A stretch of DNA of 64,000 bases. Source: Candidatus Thorarchaeota archaeon. Its GTDB lineage: Archaea > Asgardarchaeota > Thorarchaeia > Thorarchaeales > Thorarchaeaceae. Location: the NCBI GenBank assembly GCA_011364985.1, contig RDOC01000001.1, positions 347,124 through 411,123 on the forward strand. Direction: 5' to 3'. Below, piece after piece: positions 46,378 to 55,585 of the stretch. Each line of letters opens with the position of its first letter. Within the stretch, counting starts at the first letter, position 1. A program made the position numbers and the translations under genes. A model generated the notes under the pieces. The model did not search any database. It saw only the letters and a list, made by a program, of their open reading frames with translations, and was not told where the DNA came from.

Positions 46378-47841
46378 TTGACTTCCACGTTCCTAAAAGC
46401 CTTGTCACCATTTGTCCGTGTGATGCCGGAGGTAAAGGCTCCTGATCGAGAGGTGTCCTTTCGAGAAAAGATTGTTTGGACAGCGGTAGTGCTAATCATC
46501 TTCTTGCTTATGAGTCATATACCCCTTTACGGGGTCAACCAAGACGTCGGAACTGACTACCTATGGGCTTTGCGTGTTATCCTCGCCAGCACAAGGGGCA
46601 CGCTGATGGAGCTAGGAATTGGACCGATTGTCACTGCAGGACTGGTAATGCAGCTTCTATCAGGTTCCAAAATTATCAATGTTGATTTTGGGGACCCAGA
46701 GGATAGAGCTTTGTTCACAGGAGGACAGAAAGTCCTTGCAATGTTTATGACTGCATTTCAGGCAGGAGCATACATCTGGGGAAATGCCTACGGAGAACTT
46801 CAGCCCGTAGAGATGGTATTAGTATTCATGCAGCTCCTTCTCTCCGGAATAATCGTCATTCTCATGGACGAACTCATTCAGAAGGGATGGGGCCTCGGAT
46901 CAGGTGTATCCCTATTCATCATGACTAACGTGGCTGGCCAAGTGATGTACAATTCGCTTAACTTCATTGATGTTGAAGCTGACACCAGCCTTCCAAAAGG
47001 AATCATCTCTGCACTCTTTGCCAACATGATGAGAGCACTGACTGGAGATAATCCGGTTGAGTGGAGTTGGTTTGTAATCCGCGACGGTTTGAATCCCAGC
47101 ATTGTTTCTCTAATAGTCACTCTGATCATTATGCTGTCCGTCATCTGGATGGAAACGGTCCGTGTAGAGATCCCTCTTCAATACAGCAAGTATCGAGGCA
47201 TGAAAGCAAGATATCCGATTAAGCTCCTCTACACATCGAATATCCCGGTCATCTTGGCTCAAGCGCTCTTCGCCAATATTATGTTCTTCGGCCAGATAAT
47301 CTACACCAACTTCAATCCTGGAGGAGTTAATCCGTTCCTTAATTGGATAGGAGAGTTCGAGCCCGCAAATGATGGGACAAACCGGATGATAGCCACATCA
47401 GGGTTATGTAAATACGTCACGCCACCGCAAGGTATCTTCAGTCAGACCATAGAATTCGACCTTGTACACGTTCTAGTGTACGCGGCACTGATGGTAGTGC
47501 TATGTTGGGGCTTCTCGAAGATCTGGGTTGATATCTCAGGAATAGCCCCAAGAGATGTTTCTCGGCAGCTCTTGAACTCAGGATATATCGTTCCTGGTTT
47601 CCGGACAAGCGAGAAGATACTTGAGAGACTGCTTGACAGATATATTCCAGTAGTTGCAGGTCTTGGAGGTCTATTGGTTGGAATCTTGGCTGCAGCCGCG
47701 GATATTATGGGAGCCCTAGCCAGTGGCACCGGAATTCTACTGATGGTATCAATTATCAAGCAATATTATGAGCAGCTGGCTCGTGAGCAGCTAGCCCAAA
47801 TGGGCGGCGAAGGAGTAGCTGGTCTCCTCGGCATAATTTAG
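46378..47841 (+). CDS. secY: preprotein translocase subunit SecY
   Basis: 10-TM protein with archaeal SecY N-terminus (LSPFVRVMPEVKAPDREVSFREKIVWT) and conserved loops. TTG start. Confidence 0.9.
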   Translation: MTSTFLKALSPFVRVMPEVKAPDREVSFREKIVWTAVVLIIFLLMSHIPLYGVNQDVGTDYLWALRVILASTRGTLMELGIGPIVTAGLVMQLLSGSKIINVDFGDPEDRALFTGGQKVLAMFMTAFQAGAYIWGNAYGELQPVEMVLVFMQLLLSGIIVILMDELIQKGWGLGSGVSLFIMTNVAGQVMYNSLNFIDVEADTSLPKGIISALFANMMRALTGDNPVEWSWFVIRDGLNPSIVSLIVTLIIMLSVIWMETVRVEIPLQYSKYRGMKARYPIKLLYTSNIPVILAQALFANIMFFGQIIYTNFNPGGVNPFLNWIGEFEPANDGTNRMIATSGLCKYVTPPQGIFSQTIEFDLVHVLVYAALMVVLCWGFSKIWVDISGIAPRDVSRQLLNSGYIVPGFRTSEKILERLLDRYIPVVAGLGGLLVGILAAAADIMGALASGTGILLMVSIIKQYYEQLAREQLAQMGGEGVAGLLGII

Positions 47842-48518
47842 CAGTATAGTCCTCTCCATCTCATCAGAATCCAATCTTGGCTTGTCCTCTGGTTCCAAGT
47901 CGATAACCATGACATTGTATGAATGGCATCCGACTCCACAGAACAGAATATGCATGTCTAGAATGAAAGAAGATATTCTATGCAATATTGAAGTGGATAG
48001 TCTGTGTAAAGGGCCTCCAATGATATGATGCATGAGGTGGGAGTAATAGGGACGGACGTTCCTGATTCAACCAGTTCAATTGAAGTGAAGAAGGGCGATA
48101 TTCTCCGATGTAAGATGCGAGTATCCGACTGAGAAAGATGGGCGTGGTGCACAGACGCGTATGACAAGCCAGCTTGAACATCAAAAGCATATCGTCTCAG
48201 AACTCCGGACACAAGCATGCATAAGACGGTCCAATCTTCCGGCTCCTTCGGAATCTCTCTTGGCAGAGGAGAAGCTGTTATGATAATGCATGAGAAAGCA
48301 GTGCCAGGCACGAGTATAATCGTCAAGTGCTAAGAGAAACTGGATATCTGTTGAGTATCTTCAGTTAGCATATTGGGTCATGATAGTGAATGCTAAACAA
48401 CTGAAACCGTCAAATCGGACTCAGACTAGGAAACATACGCTGGTTGGCCTTTCTGGTAAACCTATTATGGGGCTTTTCTACGTGAAAATGATACAGAAGT
48501 TATCCTGGGGTCACAAGA

Positions 48519-49553
48519 TTGGCTAATAGCAGAGTTCGGTACTTCATACCCACGTTCATTTTTCTCCTTGGTGCATATTACTCAGTTGACATGATCTTGA
48601 GGGTCACCGAAGCAATTCCGCCCATAGAAACATACAACATCATGAACGTTCCCATAACAATAGACCTCGCGGTGTTCTTGGTGGCTGCAATTCCAGCTTA
48701 TATCATCGAGTTTGCACTGCTAGCTATTCCTGGAGCAATGCTGCTACTGCTCTTTGCCAAAACGTGGAGGGCGGCTTCCTACGAAATCAACATCATGAAT
48801 ATTGGCACAAATTTTGGCGGCGTCAGAATGGTTCGAAGAGCCTTGGCTCCAGCTCTCTTTAGCCTTAGCTCTTCAGCACAGCTACAGGCTCCTATTCAGA
48901 ACTTCCTCTTTGGGGGTGTTCCCGTAATTCCAGGGGGGATGGAACTGCAGTATCGTATTGCCCTAACACTGATGTCATCGCTGCTCTTCCTCCTAGTATC
49001 GCTGGCGTTGTTTATGCCAACTTGGGTCCTGAATGACTCAGGAATTGTATCTCATCTGCGTGACGACAAGCTTGAAGTAAGACAATGTCCAGACACGCAG
49101 GGCGTAGGGAGATGGGTCGGAAATGTGCTTGGGGGATATGCGTTAGTAGCATACCCAATTTCCATGTTTGAGAAATACTTCTGGACTCCGCTTTCTGTCG
49201 AAGGCGCAGCGTTCATTGCTTCGGGGGATTGGATGCTTAGCATTATTTGGGTGATTGGCCTTCCGTTTCTTGTGATGGCGTTCGTTCTTCCAGCCGTCGG
49301 CGCGAATGAATTGGCTCAAAAGAGAATCAGAAAACGAATAACAAGTTTTGCAAGCAATCTCGGATCGGTTGTTGTACTCAAGCCTCATATTGAGAAGATA
49401 GATACAGAGAAAGCCTTGGCTGCCCGAAAGAAGCATATCAAGAAAGAAGGAATTTTGGAAACCGAAGAGGTGGCAGAGATCATCATTTCTCAAAAGGAGT
49501 TCAAGAAACCAAAGAAGACAGCAAAGAAGAAGACTTCGAAGAAAAAGAAGTGA
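48519..49553 (+). CDS. polytopic membrane protein with Lys-rich C-terminal tail
   Basis: 344 aa with at least 7 hydrophobic segments. The C-terminus is KKPKKTAKKKTSKKKK. TTG start. No recognised family. Confidence 0.5.
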   Translation: MANSRVRYFIPTFIFLLGAYYSVDMILRVTEAIPPIETYNIMNVPITIDLAVFLVAAIPAYIIEFALLAIPGAMLLLLFAKTWRAASYEINIMNIGTNFGGVRMVRRALAPALFSLSSSAQLQAPIQNFLFGGVPVIPGGMELQYRIALTLMSSLLFLLVSLALFMPTWVLNDSGIVSHLRDDKLEVRQCPDTQGVGRWVGNVLGGYALVAYPISMFEKYFWTPLSVEGAAFIASGDWMLSIIWVIGLPFLVMAFVLPAVGANELAQKRIRKRITSFASNLGSVVVLKPHIEKIDTEKALAARKKHIKKEGILETEEVAEIIISQKEFKKPKKTAKKKTSKKKK

Positions 49554-49562
49554 GATTAGTCC

Positions 49563-50048
49563 ATGTTTCAATTCTGGCAGCGAGATGAGAAATCCCTTAG
49601 GGAGAAAGTCTTTGTCTACGTTACAAGAGGAAGTGACCTTCTTGTATTCACAGAACGTGAGTTCGAGCGTTCTGGCCTTCAGATACCTGCAGGTTCACCC
49701 AAGGAAGGTGAATCGCTAGAACAAGCGGCACTACGAGAAACGCAAGAGGAAACAGGCCTTTTGGAATTATCAGAAATAGAATACTTGGGTTCTGTTGATG
49801 TGGACCAATCCAAGTATGGCATACACGAAATCCATAGACGACATTTCTATCATGTCAAAACATCAGAAGAAACTCCTGAAAGATGGGCGAATGAAGAGAA
49901 AGACCCGAGCATCGTAACGGATTCTACTCCAGATCGGATAGTATTCGATCTATCTTGGATTTCGCTCATAAGAACCAGACCGAAGCTGGCTGAAGACCAT
50001 GATGCCTTTCTTTCGAGTATTATTGAGAAGATAGTGCATCAAATGTAG
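49563..50048 (+). CDS. NUDIX hydrolase
   Basis: Nudix box GSPKEGESLEQAALRETQEETGL. Confidence 0.8.
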   Translation: MFQFWQRDEKSLREKVFVYVTRGSDLLVFTEREFERSGLQIPAGSPKEGESLEQAALRETQEETGLLELSEIEYLGSVDVDQSKYGIHEIHRRHFYHVKTSEETPERWANEEKDPSIVTDSTPDRIVFDLSWISLIRTRPKLAEDHDAFLSSIIEKIVHQM

Positions 50049-50157
50049 GAGAAAAAGACGAAACAGACATGCTTGGGAAACATGCTTACAGAAGCTATAT
50101 AAAACGCATAGTTAGTGCTGCCCACAGCTCACAAGCACAAAATGGGTGAATGAGATT

Positions 50158-50748
50158 ATGGCAGATGATAGGAATATTGTCATTGTGACAGGAATTCCCG
50201 GTGTTGGAAAGACCACAGTGATAAACGAAGCAGTTGAAGAGGTGAAACAAAACCACAATGAATCAGTTCTGGTTCTAAACTTTGGGACCGAGATATTTCA
50301 AATTGCATCCAAAAAGGGATTGATTGAAGACCGGGACCATCTTCGGAAGATGCCAACAGCCAAGCAACGAGAAGTCCAGCGAATGGCAGGAGAAGCAATT
50401 GCTGAAAAGGCAAAGAAAGCCAAGGTCATCATTGACACTCATACTCTGATTCAGACCAACAACGGATTTCTTATTGGACTCCCAGAGTGGGTTGTGAGAG
50501 CGATTCAACCAAAGACGTTGGTTCTGGTTGAGGCAGACCCTGAAAGAATTGCAGAGAGAAGAAGTTCGGATGAAACAAGAACGCGAGATGCACAGCTTGT
50601 CGAAGATATAGATACTCACCAGAGAATGTGCAGGGCCGCTGCTACAACTGTGGGCACTCTAACTGGTGCAACCGTTAGAATAATCAAGAACCGTGAAGGT
50701 AAAGTAGAGGAAGCTGGTAAGGAACTCGCGGCAACAATAATGGAGTAG
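50158..50748 (+). CDS. adkA: archaeal-type adenylate kinase
   Basis: IVIVTGIPGVGKTTV P-loop and archaeal AdkA length. GGGTGA SD before ATG 50158. Confidence 0.85.
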   Translation: MADDRNIVIVTGIPGVGKTTVINEAVEEVKQNHNESVLVLNFGTEIFQIASKKGLIEDRDHLRKMPTAKQREVQRMAGEAIAEKAKKAKVIIDTHTLIQTNNGFLIGLPEWVVRAIQPKTLVLVEADPERIAERRSSDETRTRDAQLVEDIDTHQRMCRAAATTVGTLTGATVRIIKNREGKVEEAGKELAATIME

Positions 50749-50755
50749 GCAACAA

Positions 50756-51322
50756 ATGCAAGATCCAATCGCTGCCTTCATGTTGTGGTTCTCAACCACA
50801 TTTCAGATTTTCCAGGATCCTCCGCTGTCTGCAATCTTCATCCTGTTAGTTTCGATGTCAATCACAACCGTAAGCAATCTCGCCACAAAACACCTCACAG
50901 ATGTGCGACGGCTAAACCGATATCAGGCCGAGGTGAAACAGTACCAAGAAATGCAGAAGGAAGCAGAAAAAACCCAGAATGAGAAATTACTAAGAAAGGT
51001 TCGTAGGAGAAAGGCATACATTGAGAGAATTCAGGGAGAAATGCTCAAACAACGATGTAAACCGTCTCTGATTTTCCTTGTTCCGTTTCTCATTGTTTTT
51101 CAGGTACTAAGAGGATTCTACATTGACCCAATGACAGGCCTAGACAGCGTTGTAGCCGTGGTTCCATTTAATGTTCATAAGCTCCTACCATTTCTGGTCG
51201 GCTGGTTAGGAACATCCACACCATATGGATTTGGTTTCTACTACTTTGGATTCTACATGTTTGTCGGATTGGGAATGGGGCAAATCCTACAGAGAATTAT
51301 GGGTATATCCTTAACAGGCTAG
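50756..51322 (+). CDS. DUF106 membrane protein (EMC3/TMCO1/Oxa1-superfamily insertase-like)
   Basis: Architecture is TM1, a basic coiled coil (RRLNRYQAEVKQYQEMQKEAEK...), then TM2-TM3. It occupies the conserved position after adk in archaeal operons. Confidence 0.7.
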   Translation: MQDPIAAFMLWFSTTFQIFQDPPLSAIFILLVSMSITTVSNLATKHLTDVRRLNRYQAEVKQYQEMQKEAEKTQNEKLLRKVRRRKAYIERIQGEMLKQRCKPSLIFLVPFLIVFQVLRGFYIDPMTGLDSVVAVVPFNVHKLLPFLVGWLGTSTPYGFGFYYFGFYMFVGLGMGQILQRIMGISLTG

Positions 51323-51595
51323 ACAGCGGATGCTTTGTAGGAAAAACGGAAAGAACCCGAAGCTCCCGTTATCTTCGCGCGCTTCCTTCTTGAAATGTTG
51401 GAAGTATGAAAGGCTCTGATGGTGAATGTACCCTCTTGAATATCCAGCCCATTGGAATGGATTGCGCAATTCATCATAGTTCACAACAGAAAACTCTAGG
51501 CCGCCGTGATATTCGTGAGAAGAGTTTCTGCCGTCGTTGTTGTACTCACTGATGTGATTGTGATAGGTATGGGCAAAACAAGATTGTAGGAACAT
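51311..51595 (-). CDS. doubtful ORF (94 aa) antisense to operon direction
   Basis: This is the only ORF of 60 aa or more in the 430-nt gap. Composition is unusually rich in H/Y/N/S/F and there is no SD. A competing plus-strand frame is described in the findings. Confidence 0.25.
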   Translation of the reverse strand: MFLQSCFAHTYHNHISEYNNDGRNSSHEYHGGLEFSVVNYDELRNPFQWAGYSRGYIHHQSLSYFQHFKKEAREDNGSFGFFPFFLQSIRCLAC

Positions 51596-51723
51596 GGCTT
51601 ATTCTTGGAAGCATCATATTGGCAGTTGTGATTGAATTCTTTTTAGATTCCCGACGGTCTTGAATTGGCTAACACAGACAACCTCTCCACACCGTGTCCC
51701 TTAAAAGCATGGACAGACGGCTT

Positions 51724-51731
51724 CTTATAAA
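51724..51731 (+). promoter_or_regulatory. TATA-like box (CTTATAAA) upstream of eL34
   Basis: It lies about 29 nt upstream of ATG 51760. GGTGA lies 5 nt (51755..51759) before the ATG. Confidence 0.4.
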
Positions 51732-51759
51732 GCCCTAGGCGAAAGATTAGGTGACAAAC

Positions 51760-52026
51760 ATGCCACGACCGGGTTTGCTTACACGTGGACGTGTCAATCG
51801 CAAAGTAAAGACACCAGGAGCAAGACTAGTTACACATCGTCGAAAGCTGTATAGGAGCCAAGGCACTTGTGTGCTTTCGGGCAAAATGATGCATCTTCCA
51901 AAGGCCACAAAGAAACCAAAAGGAAGTCGCTCGAGCAAGAGACCAAATAGACCATACGGTGGCTATGCAACAGCCATGTCTGTACGTCGCGGCATTATTA
52001 GAAATGCTCGGGAACAACCAAAATGA
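51760..52026 (+). CDS. rpl34e: ribosomal protein eL34
   Basis: MPRPGLLTRGRVNRKVKTPGARLVTHRRK ... C..SGK ... typical L34e. Confidence 0.85.
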   Translation: MPRPGLLTRGRVNRKVKTPGARLVTHRRKLYRSQGTCVLSGKMMHLPKATKKPKGSRSSKRPNRPYGGYATAMSVRRGIIRNAREQPK

Positions 52027-52565
52027 AGCGCGTAATTGCCATTGGAGGCCTTCATGGAACAGGGAAAAGCTCTGTTGCCCAGAGACTATCAGAGGAGTTC
52101 AATCTCCGAAGAACATCTGCCGGGATTATTTTCCGTCGTCTAGCTTGTGAACGAGGAATGACTCTGGAGGAATTTAGCAGGGTTGCTGAGGGTGACGAAG
52201 AAATCGATAGGCTTGTTGACGATACGCTAAGAGAAGAAGCAAGGAAAGGAAACGCAATCCTAGACGGCCAGCTTGCAGCATGGATGGCTGGTGACAACGC
52301 AGACTTGAAAGTGCTACTTACAGCCCCGCTTGAGATGCGTATTAGCCGCATTGCGGAACGAGACAGCACTACTTACGAGTATGCAAGAAGAGAAACAATA
52401 ACCCGAGAAGGAAGCGAGAAAGCGAGATATCTTGAGTACTATGGTGTCGATCTCTCGAACAAATCAATCTACGATATCATTCTAAACACTGAGAAATACG
52501 ACCTTGAAGGCGTTATCCAGATTCTGGCCTTGGCCATAAGACTTCACTTTGATCAAGCCAAATAG
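52023..52565 (+). CDS. cmk: cytidylate kinase (archaeal type)
   Basis: IAIGGLHGTGKSSVA P-loop. ATGA overlap with eL34. Conserved neighbourhood. Confidence 0.85.
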   Translation: MKRVIAIGGLHGTGKSSVAQRLSEEFNLRRTSAGIIFRRLACERGMTLEEFSRVAEGDEEIDRLVDDTLREEARKGNAILDGQLAAWMAGDNADLKVLLTAPLEMRISRIAERDSTTYEYARRETITREGSEKARYLEYYGVDLSNKSIYDIILNTEKYDLEGVIQILALAIRLHFDQAK

Positions 52566-52688
52566 ATAGGAAGCGCAAGGCTGATATTGCTTTCACCCCT
52601 CCAACTCACATTCTCCCATCTAATGGAATGAAGCCATGAGGTGACTTGTGGTGTCAGCTGGACCAAGGATTGGCGAGGTCGATCTATT

Positions 52689-52970
52689 ATGACTCTATAC
52701 GACATAGGACGAGTATGTGTTAAAACAATGGGCCGTGAAACCGGCTGTTACTGTGTTATTGTTGATGTGATGGAGGGCCGTTTTGTTGTTGTTACTGGCC
52801 CAAAGCACATCAGCAGCGTACGTAGGCGTAAGTGTAATATCCGCCATCTTGAACCTCTTGAAACAAAGATTGAAGTGGGGAAAGGGGCTGACGACAAGGC
52901 CGTCGAAAAGGCGCTGACTGATGCAGGATTGCTGGACAAGTTCAAGGCAAAGATTCGCGTAACACAGTAA
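52689..52970 (+). CDS. rpl14e: ribosomal protein eL14
   Basis: YDIGRVCVKTMGRETGCYCVIVDVMEGRFVVVTGP KOW-like pattern. GAGGT upstream of ATG 52689. Confidence 0.85.
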   Translation: MTLYDIGRVCVKTMGRETGCYCVIVDVMEGRFVVVTGPKHISSVRRRKCNIRHLEPLETKIEVGKGADDKAVEKALTDAGLLDKFKAKIRVTQ

Positions 52971-53006
52971 TCAAGCGGACGGTATTCTCCTAGGTGAGAG
53001 GCGATA

Positions 53007-54017
53007 ATGAGTAAACGTCTGCCTGCAGACTCTCCGCGAGAGGTTATCGTAAAAGCAATTGATGAGAGTAACCCAAGCTATGGCTACTCTCCGAAGGAGC
53101 CGTTACCTATCGAAGTCCTTCTTAACAATGCAGTTGTATCACTTGATAAGCCGGCTGGACCAACAAGTCATGAAGTGGCAACTTGGGTGAGGAAGATGCT
53201 GGATTCTAAGCGGGTAGGCCATGGAGGGACCCTAGACCCAGGCGTAACCGGCATTCTCCCAGTAGGAATTGGTAATGCTACGAAGGCAATGCAGGCTCTG
53301 CTTCCTGCCGGGAAGGAGTACATATGCGTCATGGAGCTTCATCACAATGCTGAAGAAACAGAGGTGCGCGGCATTATTGAGGAGTTTGTTGGAAAGATAT
53401 ACCAGAAGCCACCCCTTCGATCCTCTGTGAAAAGAGTTCTAAGAGTGAGAGAGATCTATTACAACGAGATTCTCGAAATAAAGGGACGAGTTGTCCTCTT
53501 TCGTGTGGGGTGTCAGGCAGGAACCTACATCAGAAAGCTGTGTTTTGACATAGGAGAAGCACTGGGAACAGGAGCACATATGCGCGAATTGAGACGAACG
53601 CGCGTAGGTCCCTTTCGAGAAGATGAACATCTCTGTTCGCTCTATGATTTGAAAGATGCACTTCATTTCTGGAAAGAAGACGATGATGATTCTGAACTGA
53701 GAAGATACCTGCAGCCCGTTGAGTTCGCACTGAGTCATCTGCCCTTTATCGCTGTTCGCGATTCTGCAGTCGAAGCGCTTTGCCATGGAGCCGACCTAGC
53801 AGCGAATGGGATCGTGACTCTCTCGTCTGGAATAGGAAAGGGAGATATGATTGTTTTAGTCACTCAGAAGGAAGAAGCAATTGGACTTGCAAAGAGCAAG
53901 ATGACGTCTGATGCCATTTTGAAGGCAAGGAGCGGAATAGTTGCAACTACCGAACGTGTATTGATGGAACGGGGACGATATCCAGCAATGTGGAAAAGAC
54001 GAACAGGCGCTGAATAA
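53007..54017 (+). CDS. cbf5: H/ACA RNP pseudouridine synthase Cbf5 (TruB family)
   Basis: VVSLDKPAGPTSHEV, GHGGTLDPGVTGILPV, and a C-terminal PUA domain. Confidence 0.9.
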   Translation: MSKRLPADSPREVIVKAIDESNPSYGYSPKEPLPIEVLLNNAVVSLDKPAGPTSHEVATWVRKMLDSKRVGHGGTLDPGVTGILPVGIGNATKAMQALLPAGKEYICVMELHHNAEETEVRGIIEEFVGKIYQKPPLRSSVKRVLRVREIYYNEILEIKGRVVLFRVGCQAGTYIRKLCFDIGEALGTGAHMRELRRTRVGPFREDEHLCSLYDLKDALHFWKEDDDDSELRRYLQPVEFALSHLPFIAVRDSAVEALCHGADLAANGIVTLSSGIGKGDMIVLVTQKEEAIGLAKSKMTSDAILKARSGIVATTERVLMERGRYPAMWKRRTGAE

Positions 54018-54056
54018 TTGCATTATGCTTTTATGACCTCGGGATAAAATATCTAT

Positions 54057-54403
54057 GGCTCTGGAGCGGAAGCGCGACTGACGGTACTTGCCTAAGGACA
54101 AGGGCTGAGGAAGCTCCCAACTACTAGCCGATACTGGTCCTGTGAAAGCAGGGAGGCGAGAGCCTCGCTCTGGGAACAGAAACGATACCTCCAAGGCAGA
54201 TATGACAATGATGCGATCTTCAGAATCGCGGAGGACTGTATTGGATGGGATGAAACGGCCTATCACCAGGTAGCAATCTCAAGAATACACCGTTTACGAA
54301 TCGGCCGGAGGTGTAGGGTAGAGAGCATAGACTGATGTCGCAAGGTTCAGATTGGTAACGATCTGAATAGAACAAAATTGGGGCTATTCATCGCACCAGA
54401 GCC
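54057..54403 (+). ncRNA. rnpB: RNase P RNA (archaeal type A-like)
   Basis: The ~400-nt region has no credible ORF. The terminal P1 helix pairs GGCTCTGGAGCG (54057..) with CGCACCAGAGCC (..54403). The P4 5' strand is GAGGAAGCTCCCAA and the 3' strand is ATAGAACAAAATTGGGGCTAT (compare the consensus ACAGAACCCGGCTTA). An AACAGAAACGATACC element is CR-II-like. Confidence 0.75.
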
Positions 54404-54416
54404 ATTTCTTCTCCAT

Positions 54417-54908
54417 TTAGTTCGGGCTGTGCAAGTGGATATCACCAGCCCTTTTTGCAATCCACAGACCGATTACCAGTTGAATTGGAATTGGCCCCAA
54501 GTATGCAAATACTCCTGTTGAGATCATGGTAGGAATTAGAAGGGCTAGCGAAAGAAATGGAATCGAGAGCGTTAGCAGACCAGTCCATAGTAGTTCATCC
54601 CAGCTGATTCGGTCTTCGCAGTAGCGAATGACATTCAAAGCAAAGAAGATGTTGACAAAGCCGCCGGCTAAGCCATAAATCATCCAAGGCAAATCGAGGA
54701 GGATAACCTTTTCCGAAAAGGATGGAATGAATGCCCATAGATATGATAGAACCACAATGTCGGCAGATTGTGTAGTACTGATCCCTATGAAGTATAGATT
54801 CGGAAATATTCCAAAAGGGAAAACAACCGTCACGATGAACATAAACCATTTGATCCATCCGATTATCTGACTATCCAGTCTTCCATTACTCAGCCGCATT
54901 TCACTCAC
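54417..54908 (-). CDS. hypothetical polytopic membrane protein
   Basis: 163 aa with 4-5 hydrophobic segments. No recognised family. Confidence 0.5.
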   Translation of the reverse strand: MSEMRLSNGRLDSQIIGWIKWFMFIVTVVFPFGIFPNLYFIGISTTQSADIVVLSYLWAFIPSFSEKVILLDLPWMIYGLAGGFVNIFFALNVIRYCEDRISWDELLWTGLLTLSIPFLSLALLIPTMISTGVFAYLGPIPIQLVIGLWIAKRAGDIHLHSPN

Positions 54909-54978
54909 AGATAGTATGCCTTCTGAGCGTGATATTAAGTTTCATCATCTTTCCAAGAATGTACTAAATTGCCCCTCT

Positions 54979-55518
54979 TCAACCTCTCGAATGAGAAGTC
55001 ATTATCTCCTTTTGGACCCGAACTACCTCAGCGCTTGATTCACAAGAGGCGTATGAATCTAGCCACTCCCTATTCAGTGTGATGAATGAAGGTCCCCATT
55101 TGAAAACAGACATAAGGTCGTTTGCTACTTCTGATTCACCTACAATGTATAGAGCGGCTGCAACTGCCTCGGCAGTTGATAGCTTGATTGGTCTGTACGT
55201 ATTGGTCGGATTGGCTGCGAGCAAGTAAGGCAATGATCTTTGAAATGCCCCTTTAGTCTGACGAAAAACAGCTTCAGCTTGTTTCCATGAGCAATCGAGA
55301 GCTACAAGCCCTGATTGAAATAGAGTTTCTCTGTCGCTAGGAGAAAAGGCAGTCTCGGAAGCCGGATTGAGAATAACTGCATTTTCTGGGATTCGATGCA
55401 CATTTCTGATAATGGAAGCTCTCTTCATGCGCACCAGTCGAAGACCGGTGCACTTCTTTGGGTCGCATTGTGCCGAGTGAAATACAAGAATTCTCGGAGA
55501 GATGTTTGAAGAGGCCAT
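54979..55518 (-). CDS. tsr3: 16S/18S rRNA aminocarboxypropyltransferase Tsr3
   Basis: ILVFHSAQCDPKKCTG, LVALDCSW, LLAANPTNTYRPIKLSTAEAVAAALYIVG, FKWGPSFITLN. The start is set at Met58 of the track ORF, because the longer form overlaps the divergent gene. Confidence 0.8.
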   Translation of the reverse strand: MASSNISPRILVFHSAQCDPKKCTGLRLVRMKRASIIRNVHRIPENAVILNPASETAFSPSDRETLFQSGLVALDCSWKQAEAVFRQTKGAFQRSLPYLLAANPTNTYRPIKLSTAEAVAAALYIVGESEVANDLMSVFKWGPSFITLNREWLDSYASCESSAEVVRVQKEIMTSHSRG

Positions 55519-55585
55519 AACAAAGATGGTTTGTTGCACAACAGATTTCAGGCTTCCCATTGAACCAGTAACCAGATGAACGAGA

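Noticed and set aside
48364-48397. A hairpin GTTAGCAT(18 nt)ATGCTAAC containing AUGA, considered as a SECIS for the TGA-containing frame upstream.
   Set aside because: The AUGA and GA elements lie within the loop with no helix II between them. There is no GAA/A internal loop of the archaeal SECIS type.
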